DNA of 64,000 bases, taken from positions 16,128,655 to 16,192,654 of the forward strand of contig NC_134033.1 of assembly GCF_964204645.1 (NCBI RefSeq). Reading direction: 5' to 3'. Below the pieces are notes generated by a model. It had not been told where the DNA came from, searched no databases, and was given only the letters and a program-made list of their open reading frames with translations. The first letter of the stretch is position 1. The number at the start of each line of letters is the position of its first letter. This DNA comes from Tubulanus polymorphus (lineage: Eukaryota; Animalia; Nemertea). Shown in pieces: positions 25,001 to 36,191 of the stretch. Position numbers and translations under genes: made by a program.

Positions 25001-28000
25001 AATCGTGAAACTGGGTCTTGGCGGAAGGAATTAATGATCAGATACTCACGGATACATTCCCCGTTGACCAGTTGTGATCCAGGCGGACATTCGGTCCTGA
25101 TACAAGTTTCGTTCACTTTCTTGTAGCCAGTTGGGCAGTGTATAACTACAATACAAACAATATACACGAACGATATTACTTTCATTATAAATTCCTGAGT
25201 TGCTCAACTCTACAGGAAACTCTTACTGTGACAAATTTCAATATCTACATAATATAATTCACATGGGTTTCACGGCATTTGTAATATTTCACCAATTTTT
25301 AAATTCTGAACTGTAGATGTTACTGAGACAATTAATGATCTTCAACGTTTTTCTAAATTTTGTTTTCAAGAAGATGAGTCTACACAAGCTACCGTGTGTC
25401 TACTTACGTATACAGATTTTCCCATCTTTGCTCAGCATGTGACTCGGCGGACAGACATAACCTTAAAAGTAAATGAAAATAACGGGGAATGTTTTTTACC
25501 TCAGTAAATCTGTTGACCGTACTTTTAAAAATCATGATCAGGCTAACCACAACAGACCTAGGATATCAACTGATTACAAATTTCATTGCTGTTTACAAAA
25601 TGACCCGGGAGATTAGGAGAAACAACCTTTCAATTTTTTCTAGCCTTATTATAATATTTTCTAAGAAGTGATCAGGGTTGTTCTATATCTGATACTCACG
25701 TGTACATTTACCGTGTTCCATTACATACGACTCGGGACAAATCGCTGAAAAATGCGCATAGAATATTCATACGTTATGAAATGAACAATGTTTCATGTGA
25801 ACAGAATTTCAGAATGATATAATATACACTTACGCGCGCATTTGGCACCCTTGATTGCGTAACCGACAGGACATTTTATGCCTAGAATCAGAATCAGGTG
25901 ATATTAGAAATAAACTATTTTCTATTTATGTCGAGGTTATTGAGTGATCGGTGAAAACCAGGAACCAGTTTCAGCAGTTCTTGGTTAGAATTTGACCCGC
26001 GCGTTGAGATATTATTGGAATAAACGAATTTTAACACCAAAAAAGTCAAAAAGTGGTCGTAAATCTTATCTGAAGATTGATCTTATGTCATTAGATTGGC
26101 TATAAAACTAAAATGAGCTCAGACTGGTCACAAGTTGTTAGATTAGCTATAGGGTCTTAGACCGGCCTTTAGTAGTTAGTTTGGTTATAGAACTAAAATG
26201 AGTTTGTAAAATGGAGTTGTTAGATTGGTTGTAGAACCATTATGAGCTTAGACCGGTCTTAAGTTGTTAGATTGGTTGTTGAACCATTATGAGCTTAGAC
26301 TGGTCTTAAGTTGTTAGATTGGTTGTTGAACCATTATGAGCTTAGACTGGTCTTAAGTTGTTAGATTAGTTGTTGAACCATTATGAGCTTAGACTGGTCT
26401 TAAGTTGTTAGATTAGTTGTTGAACCATTATGAGCTTAGACTGGTCTTAAGTTGTTAGATTAGTTGTTGAACCATTATGAGCTTAGACTGGTCTTAAGTT
26501 GTTAGATTAGTTGTTGAACCATTATGAGCTTAGACTGGTCTTAAGTTGTTAGATTAGTTGTTGAACCATTATGAGCTTAGACTGGTCTTAAGTTGTTAGA
26601 TTAGTTGTTGAACCATTATGAGCTTAGACTGGTCTTAAGTTGTTAGATTAGTTGTTGAACCATTATGAGCTTAGAGACTGGTCTTAAGTTGTTAGATTAG
26701 TTGTTGAACCATTATGAGCTTAGACTGGTCTTAAGTTGTTAGATTGGTTGTTGAACCATTATGAGCTTAGACTGGTCTTAAGTTGTTAGATTAGTTGTTG
26801 AACCATTATGAGCTTAGACTGGTCTTAAGTTGTTAGATTAGTTGTTGAACCATTATGAGCTTAGACTGGTCTTAAGTTGCTAGATTAGTTGTTGAACCAT
26901 TATGAGCTTAGACTGGTCTTAAGTTGTTAGATTAGTTGTTGAACCATTATGAGCTTAGACTGGTCTTAAGTTGTTAGATTGGTTGTTGAACCATTATGAG
27001 CTTAGACTGGTCTTAAGTTGTTAGATTAGTTGTTGAACCATTATGAGCTTAGACTGGTCTTAAGTTGTTAGATTAGTTGTTGAACCATTATGAGCTTAGA
27101 CTGGCTCTAAATTGTTATATCGACTATAGAACTAATATGCCCTAAACTGATCTTGAATCTAAGCCATGAATGTACAACTGGCACTCCTCGTTTTTGAAAC
27201 TTACGGACACATTTTCCCATAACGCTTTGGAATCCTTCCGGACAAATTCCTGCAATCAAAAATTACAATCAACATCTGTTAATCGATGTTAATTAATGTT
27301 AATAAATTCGTAAATGTAGTTCAACTGAGATATAAATGGATGAATGAATGAATGAATGAATGAATGAGTTGATATTGTGAAGAAAATCTTCCCCGAGATT
27401 TCTTACGTACGTGTACATCTTCCTGTAGAGTTCAACTTCTGTCCTTTCGGGCAAGAGATACCTACAAATAGAACGCCAGTAAATAATAGCAATTCCGTTG
27501 TTGGTCAATTTCGATAGATATTGTTCAGATGATTTCTCTTAGTACGTACGGACGCAAGTTTGACCATTTTTCGTGTAACCAGGTGGACAGAAAACAACTG
27601 TGGAGAAACGATGAAAAAAACATAATAATACCCAGCCAGACTTTTTTATCAGTCAATAGTACAAAAATACCACTCAGGGGTCAGTTACTCAAAATTTGGT
27701 TATAGTTAACCAGCGGACAGTTGACTTAGTCACAATTTAAAGTTCATTGTTACTATGGTATTTATCCGCCGGTTTCCTTTAACTAACTTTCGAGCAACTG
27801 ACACCGGAATTGTTTCATGAACTAAATTCATGAGCTACGTTTGAGGATTTAAACATATGTTCTACCATTTTCAAAGCTACATTAGGATTAGATGATAGTA
27901 TCTTAAGTTGTTCATGAGTCAGGTTTGTTTGGAATACACACATTATGCACATCCATTAAAAAAGATGATGTTCTACTCACGTGTGCAGTTGCCCTGTTCG

Positions 28001-31000
28001 TTTAACTTGTAGCCTTTTCGACAAATATATCCTTGATTTAGAAATAGAGAAAAACATAAAATATGATTATCACATATATCTATTTATCATATCGTCACAC
28101 CTTATTACATTGATCTCATGATCATGTTGAACTTACGGATACATTTGCCGTCTTTTTGATGATACATTTTCGGACAGCGAACTGCAATGGAATGGATATG
28201 ATCGGATTATTACGCATAGACGCAAACCGAGTCCTTCCTTATCAAGGAAGGCAAGTAAGTGAAGCATTACAGGAGATGACTATTAAGATTACGTCGAAAG
28301 ATAGATATTACCTCAAGGAAATTTTCGGACCCTTTTTATTCTTAGGTGTAGGATTTTATAAAACCCTACCAACCCATAGTCCAATCCCTCGTTACCAAGA
28401 TATTTCAGAAACTATGGTAATCGTAAACTATCAAAACTATCTCGGACATGCTCTTACTTACCCACACAACTCTGTCCCATTAGGAAATATCCCTTGGGGC
28501 ATTTTGTAACTGAAAAAGAACAGAAATAAATTCGAATCTGAAATTGTAAAGGGTCTTAAGTTTCAGTGGTCAGAGGTTATTTAGGATATACTAACGGATG
28601 CATTTTTTGCCGATTTTCTTGTAGCCTTCCGGACAAACGACTAAAACATACGACAAAAATCAACCATTTATCATAATTATTTCAATCTAATCAGAATTCA
28701 TTTCTATGCATTGATTTTCAACCTAACGCGCTAACCTGTACATTTTCCTTTGATAAGAACCATTCCCTTCTTGCACGAGTATCCTAGGAAATAGATAATA
28801 GAAATATTCTAGTACATTGTACAAGCAACAAAAAAGGACTTTTAACCCTATCCAGCTAAAATAGGAGTCCTTTATGATCGAGGAGCTCTGGTCTGACATT
28901 TCCCGAGCCGATTGGGGTAAAAGATCTGTGGCTACTTACGCACGCATTTGTTATCGGAAATCCTATATCCCTTCGGACACGAGTGAACTGGATAATTAAA
29001 AGATAACAAAATCATTAATTTGATTTTGACATCGAAAAAAACTACATAGATAAAGTTAGTAGAGTTTGTTTAAAAACTTACGAACACATCTGTAATCTTT
29101 GGTTAGGATGTAGCCTTGTGGACAAGTGTAGTCTACAAAATAATTTCGTTAGATTTTGTTTATAAAGGAGAAGTGATGGAGGAACCGTGTTAACCTGGTG
29201 TCGAATCGGTAAAACGTAAAGACAGGATTGGTTATTTAGTTTGATTTAAGATACGAGCTTTTAGCTACTAATATAGCTTCATCAGGCAAATGAGCTATTG
29301 AGCTTCTAAAATACAAATTAATACCGAAGATTCTATCTTAGATTTTATAAAACGAATTGATTCTATTTTTTCAAAGTTGATGTTAGAACCTGAAAGTTAA
29401 CTTACGAACACAGAACGCGTTCTTCGGCATGTAACCTACGGGGCATTTGGCTGAAAAATTCAAATCATATGCGCATAGATTATGTAGATACGCATATCGT
29501 CAAGAACAAGTGATAACTGTATAAGTGAAAGGTTTAAGTTTAATATGTCGAATGTGAACAATACTGTGACGTCATTTGCCGAGTCTCGGAATGTTTCGTC
29601 TCTGAAGTTTTATTTTTTCAATCTAATGAGATCAGATGAATACTTTGTGATAGTTTCGACTCACCGACGCATTTGGTTCCCATTAAATGATGACCTTTAG
29701 CGCAGATGACTCTGATGCACTGTTTACCGAACTGTTTGAACCCAACCGGACATTGAGTAACTAGAAAAACAAAAATATGTATCACGACAATATGTTATGT
29801 TATGAATTTTATCGCATTAAATTAGAGATTAATTGTAAGTAATCTAATGCAGACACATTTTAAAGTGTCCTATTCAGTGCCAGTCATTGCTTTAAGGCAC
29901 TTGCAACATTTAGAAGTATATTTACAGCCAAACCCGCTTAATCCGGATCGGCTTAATCAGATTTTAGTTCATTCTGGACATTTATTTGCGGTCCGTTTGT
30001 TCATTAAAATACGAGAAAATGACTTTCTATCCGGATTTTCCGTAAACCGGACGAATTTCGTTCGTCCCAAACGATCCGAATTAAGCGGATTCTACTGTTT
30101 TCAAAAATCCTATATTTGTTAGAAACAGTACCGGTATAAAACATAACTAAATAAGCCATTATGCCTGGCTAAAATCATAAGTCTTGAACAATTAAAAATG
30201 TGTATCATTTCTAAATCATTTTAAAGTTTATAGGACCACATTCTCCCCCTCACTTACTGATACATTTTCCTTCTTTCGTCATTCCTTGAGGACAGTGATA
30301 ATCTGAAAATTTAGAAATATATCTTTCACCTCTTTTGTTCCGCTTTCAAACACGTGGCACGCAAAATATTTGGGATAAGATATCGATACTTACGGATACA
30401 TTTTCCGGCCAGAAGTTGGAATTTTTCCGGGCAGGCAACGACTGAAAAGTGCATGAAATATTTCATCAGCAGAAAGAATTGAAATGAGATTATTTTATGG
30501 GAATATAAGTGTAGCTCTTGATACTTACGGGTACATTTTCCAGTTGAATCTAATTTGTATCCGGGATGGCAGGTGTATCTGATACAGATACCGTCGCTGA
30601 TTCTGTATCCGGGCGGACAGGTCACTGTGTAATAATAAAACCATCGAACATTTATGAATTCATACTCAGTGAAATATACAGGGTTGAATGAGACTGAATC
30701 GAGTACAACTTCCTTGTGGGGGATTTACTTTAATATGTTTCCACAGTATATCAGAAAAGAAAGATCCTCCCTGTTGACTTTGAACAGTAAACCTTGCATA
30801 AGTCGGATCGGCGAAAGTCGGATTAATCGTTTGTATCGGATGAATATTGATTTTCCCCATTTTCCCGTCTATTTTTCAATTCATAATCCAAAGTCGAGTA
30901 CTTTTATTGGCCACAAAATAAAAAACTATAAAAACCGAAATTTTGAGTGATATATTCTTCCCATTGCAGTTTGATTCCTCTTCCAGGCCTGTCCCGGGTT

Positions 31001-34000
31001 TGAAATCGACGATACCTATCAGCGGTCGTTATTTCAGTTGTGGTTATTGTATTAGAATAAGAAATGAACCCAAAATATTTCAGCGTTTTTGAATCATTTC
31101 TTGTTCCGACGTTACGCAACGTTTAAATGTGCTACAATTTTCGATACTTACTGACACATTTCTCGTTCAGCACAACGTAACCTTTCGGACATTTTACACC
31201 TAAAAAACAGATATAATCCATTAATTCAATGGGTAAAGCGATAAATGTTGAAAACGTCGCTAGATTTTTTAAAAGCTTTCGAAATCTTTGAGACACGATT
31301 GCTGTGACTGTTTCGGGCAAACTTTCACTTACGCACGCATCTTCCAGCACGTTTTGTGTAACCTTTCGGGCAGACAGCTGAAAATGGAACAAATTTTCCG
31401 ATGAGTCTGATAACATCCAATGTCTATTTCAAGTAAAGCGAGACGGATAGTACTTTAACAAAATTCTCTATTTGAAGTACAAGCTTTAGCCTCATCGGGT
31501 AATTAATGAGGTGAATTATTTCAACCCTATTTGTATGTCGGGTGCCATCGTCAATTTTGCGGAACCTTCGAAACGATATAAAATCTTTTAGAAATGGAAT
31601 GCTTTAGTCCAGCTTCCAATCAGCGCTGGTAAAATTGTAAGACCTATATACGGATATGTACTACTGATATTCACTGAGTTATGGCACCTAACACTCGTTC
31701 AAACAAGTTGAAATAGTTCATGGACACGAATCCAATTTCAAATCGATAATCGATCACTTACAAACACATTTTCCATCTTTCGTTACAACTTCTCCTTTCG
31801 AACAGCTATGCACTGCAAATTAAATAACAAATAGTTTGAAATAGATTTGTTTCTCGTTACAAACAATCAGCTCGAAACCGAAGAAAAACTTGTTCAACTC
31901 ACGGACGCATTTGTCTCCAACTTTGATGTAACCACGCGGGCAGTCGACCACTAGAAATGATATCATAAATTTGCATAAATTGTTGCGTAAAATAATAAAT
32001 TATCATAAATTGTTACTTAATAGGGGACTCTATACATGATGAGGGGAGAGGAGTTGTGTTAATCTGTTAATTAACCATCAAAGTAATATCTTTCTTTTAT
32101 GTTTACTGTTGTGTCATGTAAAAGTTCAAATGAATTACGCCATATTTTGAAATAGAACTTACGAATGCACTTTTTGCCTTCTAGTTTATAGTTGTGCGGA
32201 CACAGCATTTCTGTAAATACGTACGTGAAAAATAGAACATTGTCATAACATTGAGGATTCTGGATTATAATCATAATTCGTAGTTCATGAAATACGCCAC
32301 GTCAAGCCAAGTTTTACAAAAAAAGGTTAAAATCATAAATCTATGCGGGGTGAACTGAATTGATAATGAAATAAAAGTTGATTGATCGTGTTGAAATTTT
32401 CTTAACACTAGGACCATGTTTAAAGCTGTTTCTAATTTTCTTTTTTAAATCTTCATGAAAAATAAATTAAAGATATAAATCACTCACTGATACAATTCTG
32501 TGCGAATTTCACGTAGCCTTTTGGACAAATAACTGTAAAAATACAAAAATGGCGTAAAAATCAGAAAAAATCATCGATCGCGACATCTATCGTTCATCGA
32601 ACGCAATTTACTAACCGATACAGTGCCCGTCAGCAGCCATTCTAAAACCTTTCGGACACGAGTAACCTAGCGATAGAAATTCAGAAATCATCACTGAATT
32701 ATATACCGAGGTATTCTTATTTTCGAAGTATAGACACCGGTAGAGCTGGAATACTCACGAATACATTTGTTGTCTTTTTTCATATAACCCTCCGGGCAGG
32801 AACAAACTATCGATTGAGATAAGACATCAAAAAATGAAAATAGAATAATGCACCGATGAAAATAGAATATAGTTAATCACTGTAAAATATTTCTTTCAAA
32901 TTTATGTTGGTTCGCTAGATATTCATCATATGTTATAATATTTTGTCTGCAATCTTGCTGGTTTTCTACTTCTTAATTGCAAATAAACTATTATTATTAT
33001 GTATTTTACTTACGGACGCATTTGTTGCCGACCAATTTGTAATGCTCAGGACAAACCATTTCTATTTACATAAAAGTAGAAACGCATTTCAAAGATTCTT
33101 CGTTGATTTCTGAATTTTCGAAAGTTCAGTTTTCGAGTTGTACATGGATTTTGCTTTTGAGTAAATTGGATTTTTATCGGCTGAACTTACGTAAACAGGT
33201 GTTCCCACGTTTGATAAAACCGGGTGGACATTTTACGGCTAAAAACAAAACAAGAATTAAATTATCGAATTAAAAGACACAACATTTCTACAGAGACCAT
33301 TGTCAGGTGTAAAATATATTCAAAGACTCTCTCAAACTCTGTTGGTCGTCTCCAGAGAGAGTCCAAAACTTTAGGAGTTCGTCTTTTGATTTCTTATTTC
33401 AATTCTTGATAAAATATATATCGTTCTTAATCGTTTGAATTTGGTTTTAATGGGTTTTAATCTTAACTCATGAAATTAATATCAGTAATTTTTTCATAGA
33501 TCTTACCTAGACAGGCAGTGATTTTATCCAGCGGGCACTTATCACCTAAAGACAAATATATTACGTTTACATATACTACAGGAAGATTATATAAAATCCC
33601 ACACTAAGAATAAATAAGGAGTCAGAATTCTTCCTTGAATAGCCATATTCAAGAAAAGGATAAAAAAAATCCAAAATAATTCCTTGAGCTTGTATCTATT
33701 CAACGTTTCGACTATATCCTAAAAGTCATCTTAAAGAACCGATAAGGAAAACAAAAATTCCTAAATGTTTCCTTGAGCTTTGAGTTTATTCAGTGTTTCG
33801 ATAACATCCTAATTAATCATCGTTAGGAGAATGGCTCTTTTAGTCTAAGTGAGGAATTCCGGGATTCTATCATTCATCGTTTCATCGATTAGTGTTTCGT
33901 CGATAGCTATAACTGTAAGGTTTATTGATTACCCTTTGCTTTAAAACTAAGACTAAAACACGGTCCCGGTTACTTACGATGACAGCGAGTTTTTATCTGT

Positions 34001-34235
34001 ACAAACCCGGTCGTACAATGCACTTCTGTAAACAGGAAAATGAAACGAGGAAATCACCGTAAATTCGCAAGATTCGAACGATATTATTAAGATAATATGT
34101 ATAAAGATATGATCATTAAGATAACATTTCATTGTTTGTTCGACTTTTTGAATTTTTGAAAATTGTTTGATTACTTACTCATGCATTTTGCTCCTACTCT
34201 GTGAGTTTTATGCGGGCAATGCCAGTTTTGAGTCG
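16013..34235 (-). CDS. Array of 56 phase-1/phase-1 micro-exons encoding 58 CPxG(Y/F)xxxx(x)xxC two-cysteine modules (2811 nt, 937 codons)
   Basis: Exons, each with AG/GT ends and a length that is a multiple of 3: 34179-34235, 33978-34025, 33507-33545, 33191-33238, 33014-33061, 32759-32806, 32616-32666, 32488-32532, 32163-32210, 31903-31950, 31762-31812, 31333-31377, 31152-31199, 30529-30624, 30394-30441, 30258-30302, 29665-29760, 29406-29450, 29082-29132, 28940-28987, 28736-28783, 28596-28640, 28462-28509, 28137-28181, 27981-28031, 27550-27597, 27411-27461, 27205-27249, 25834-25881, 25700-25744, 25408-25461, 25227-25244, 25050-25145, 24892-24939, 24577-24624, 24405-24452, 24209-24259, 24066-24113, 23932-23979, 23754-23801, 20969-21022, 20818-20865, 20398-20445, 20125-20172, 19635-19679, 19494-19541, 19348-19395, 19214-19267, 19088-19135, 18899-18946, 18476-18523, 18134-18181, 17999-18046, 17569-17616, 17215-17262, 16013-16060. 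Examples: VKCPPGFIKRGNTCL, VCPEGYKKIGKKCI, IYCPPGSQVFHGNCV. Confidence 0.9.
18644..18785. repeat. Two abutting AT-rich palindromes
   Basis: 18644-18689 has perfect 19-bp arms and an 8-nt loop. 18690-18785 has 46-bp arms with one mismatch and a 4-nt loop. Confidence 0.9.
19850..19960. mobile_element. Fully palindromic ~110-bp MITE (Tourist/PIF-like termini)
   Basis: GGGGCCGGTTTTA-GACTGGTATTACCTT...GGCTAACTCAATT / AATTGAGTTAGCC...AAGGTAATACCAGTC-TAAAACCGGCC, with TCA on both flanks. Confidence 0.75.
20270..20311 (+). ncRNA. Minimal type I hammerhead ribozyme (Penelope/retrozyme type)
   Basis: CCAC-CUGAUGA-U-GGCUGUU(AGUC)AACAGCC-GAAA-CG-UU|GUGG: intact core, 7-bp stem II, 4-bp stem I, vestigial palindromic stem III, and AATAAA just downstream. 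Confidence 0.8.
20585..20708. mobile_element. MITE family B (CTTAGACTGGTCTTAAG core)
   Basis: TIRs GGGGCCGGTTGCA / TGCAACTGGCACC; homologous to 43155-43294, 57206-57345 and 25961-27184. Confidence 0.75.
21183..23519 (+). CDS. Nested antisense gene: herpesvirus-tegument-like (peptidase C76/VTD-type) deubiquitinase, 281 aa, 5 exons
   Basis: Exons 21183-21446, 22152-22358, 22721-22841, 22923-23088 and 23432-23519 are all GT-AG (phases 0,0,1,2) and give 846 nt of open frame. Motifs: SLYDQ..RGTQC84TSIAVQAVI..WNSDDLDLILCDGHKLH..GAILT..SVAI..YMVLD224SH226RRDRHG..GHAVLLAFESTDHLIRY..QFQLTPV. Confidence 0.82.
21766..21964 (+). mobile_element. tRNA-derived SINE in intron 1 of the nested gene
   Basis: A box TGGCCGAGTGG, B box GGTTCAAACCC, a non-tRNA body and an A10 tail. 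Confidence 0.75.
23174..23382. mobile_element. MITE family A copy in intron 4 of the nested gene
   Basis: TIRs AAGCCGGGATCACACGG / CCGTGTGATCGCGGCTT; homologous to 726-999. Confidence 0.75.
25961..27184. mobile_element. MITE family B copy expanded by an internal satellite
   Basis: GGAACCAGTT left end, AAAAGTGGTCGTAAATCTTA and TCTAAGCCATGA...CAACTGGCAC right end match family B and enclose the 47-bp array. Confidence 0.65.
26234..27116. repeat. 47-bp tandem repeat, ~18.5 near-identical copies
   Basis: Unit GAACCATTATGAGCTTAGACTGGTCTTAAGTTGTTAGATT(A/G)GTTGTT; starts at 26234, 26281, 26328 ... 27082, with one 2-bp insertion near 26673. Confidence 0.97.
29925..30097. mobile_element. Tc1/pogo-type MITE
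   Basis: TA|CAGCCAAACCCGCTTAATCCGGATC...GATCCGAATTAAGCGGATTCTACTG imperfect TIRs. Other elements with similar termini lie near 17870-17909 and 30785-30840. Confidence 0.6.
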
Positions 34236-34849
34236 CTGAAAATATATGTAAACTTGCTTACTTCATTCTCTCGAGCAGCATCCCGTCACGCTCGTTGGTC
34301 ATGAGGGCTCTGCCGCTACACAGCTTGCATCGTCCTCACATTAACATTTCATAGGGTCCCCTTTTACTTCCCCGGACCAACCCCACCACTACAAAAATCC
34401 TAAATCTGTAAGTTTGATAGTACGCGTGAATAAACATCATGAAGATCTACGTAAATAGGTCTCTGTTAACAAATCTGTTTTATGATGGAAGCTATTTTTT
34501 AGTACCATTTTGTACACAAGGCAAGGGCTCGTAGTATCAGAGTGTTGTAGGTAGTGTAAAAACGGAAATATGTTAATCCAGTGTCTACAATTTACCCTTG
34601 TGATTTTGTATGTAGTTTCCCTACGACGTCATGCATTCAGCGATGTAATTGAAATACCGATGTGTTTTTTTAAACAATGAAAGCTATAGCGTGTGTGACA
34701 TCTGCTGTCGTATGAAGCACATAATCAGCGTCACATTAAATACAACTAATATCCCACAGCATGTGTCCAGATAAAAGATCATTAATCGATTCGACGAATG
34801 TGATATTTGCGCGAGTGAAATTTTCCAGCATATGACACTTATACATCGT

Positions 34850-34921
34850 GGGGGTATAGCTCAGCGGTAGAGCATTCGACTGCAGATCGAGAGGTCCCTG
34901 GTTCAAGTCCGGGTGCCCCCT
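34850..34921 (+). tRNA. trnC-GCA: tRNA-Cys(GCA)
   Basis: GGGGGTATAGCTCAGCGGTAGAGCATTCGACTGCAGATCGAGAGGTCCCTGGTTCAAGTCCGGGTGCCCCCT: canonical cloverleaf, GCA anticodon, T5 Pol III terminator downstream. Confidence 0.97.
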
Positions 34922-35523
34922 CAATTCTTTTAATTAGCTTTTTATCCAGTTACTTGTTTCTATCGAAACATACTTCCTGTTTTTTTTCTTGTTTCTTGAC
35001 GTGCTTTTATCATAACGTTGGTATGTGCAACGAGGGTTGGGGGTATAAATAGGGGGTTTCTTACTGGTGGTTAAGGATGGGAGGTGAATGCAAGAGTGAC
35101 GTGTTGTATAAGTATATATATATATATCACGCAGTAGTGAAATAAAGTTAGTTGAGTATATAGAGAAAAATCGTTATACGTTGAATCGATTGAGTGGTCC
35201 AAGAAGCCCGGTAATATTTTCGTGTTAAAATTACAGTATTTTGTATAGATGTATGCTTTGTCATAAAGGATATACAGAAAGATAGTTTGCTTTCCAAATT
35301 TTCAAGTTAGCATACATTTGCATTTATTGAGCACTCGTTAGAGATTATGATATGCAAATTTATGCGTGACGTTTATTCGAAATATTATTGTTTCTACGGC
35401 TCCGATTGTTAATGATATTCATGCAATTTACAACCGATGTCGTAAAAAGATCAATAATACATCGATAAAACGAATGGAAATTTTCATTTTAAAATTTTCA
35501 AACATCTGGCACGGTTTATAGAA

Positions 35524-35595
35524 GGGGGTATAGCTCAGCGGTAGAGCATTCGACTGCAGATCGAGAGGTCCCTGGTTCAAGTCCGGGTGCCCCCT
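35524..35595 (+). tRNA. trnC-GCA: tRNA-Cys(GCA), identical second copy
   Basis: 72 nt identical to 34850-34921, with T-tracts downstream. Confidence 0.97.
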
Positions 35596-36081
35596 TCCGA
35601 AACTTTTCATTTTTTCCCCAGTTTTTGTTTGTTTTAGTTTTTAATGAATTTCGGTTGTTACAGGGTTCAGGGCTCAGTGAGTAAGGTAGAGTTAAAAGTG
35701 GCAGCAGAAATCCGATGCTACTCAACCTTCAGAAAACCAGGGCTCACGTCCTTAAGAGAATGATCTTCAATCATCAGACCGGATTTAGAGTTTTAGGTCT
35801 CAAATTGTAACGGTTTGACTATTGATGTCCTAAATCATACGACTTGTCTAAAGTTGTTTGACTAAGGGACTTATCGAATGGTCAAGAGATGACGTTAAGT
35901 TATCCAAGACCGGTCTGAAATCTAAGCCTTGAATGCAACTAGCACCAGAAGTCGCGTGTTCCCAAAAAAGCAAAATGAAATAAACATAAAACGAAAGGAC
36001 GGATATCGTTTACAAAATTTCTTCTTATATTTTGTAACATCAGACAATTTTTTTTCACTCGATTCAAAAAAAGAAATAAAC

Positions 36082-36087
36082 TTTATT
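36082..36087 (-). promoter_or_regulatory. Polyadenylation signal (proximal 3' end)
   Basis: AATAAA on the minus strand 105 nt after the stop at 36192, followed by a U-rich tract. Confidence 0.65.
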
Positions 36088-36191
36088 GAAATATAACAAT
36101 TTCGGTTTAAAAAGCCGTTTTCACAATTATCATTGAATGTTCGTTAACCGATAATTGAGATTAGATTGTTCCGTCGATCGTTTGAAAGAGT

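Noticed and set aside
26234-27116. CRISPR-like array
   Set aside because: Head-to-tail repeats without unique spacers, no cas genes, and a eukaryotic intron context.
16013-34235. Calling the Cys modules EGF, TIL or chitin-binding domains
   Set aside because: Each exon unit has only two Cys with fixed spacing; the 6- or 10-Cys patterns of those domains are absent.
34736-35725. Minus-strand ORFs sharing GHPDLNQGPLDLQSNALPLSY
   Set aside because: Antisense translations of the two tRNA-Cys genes.
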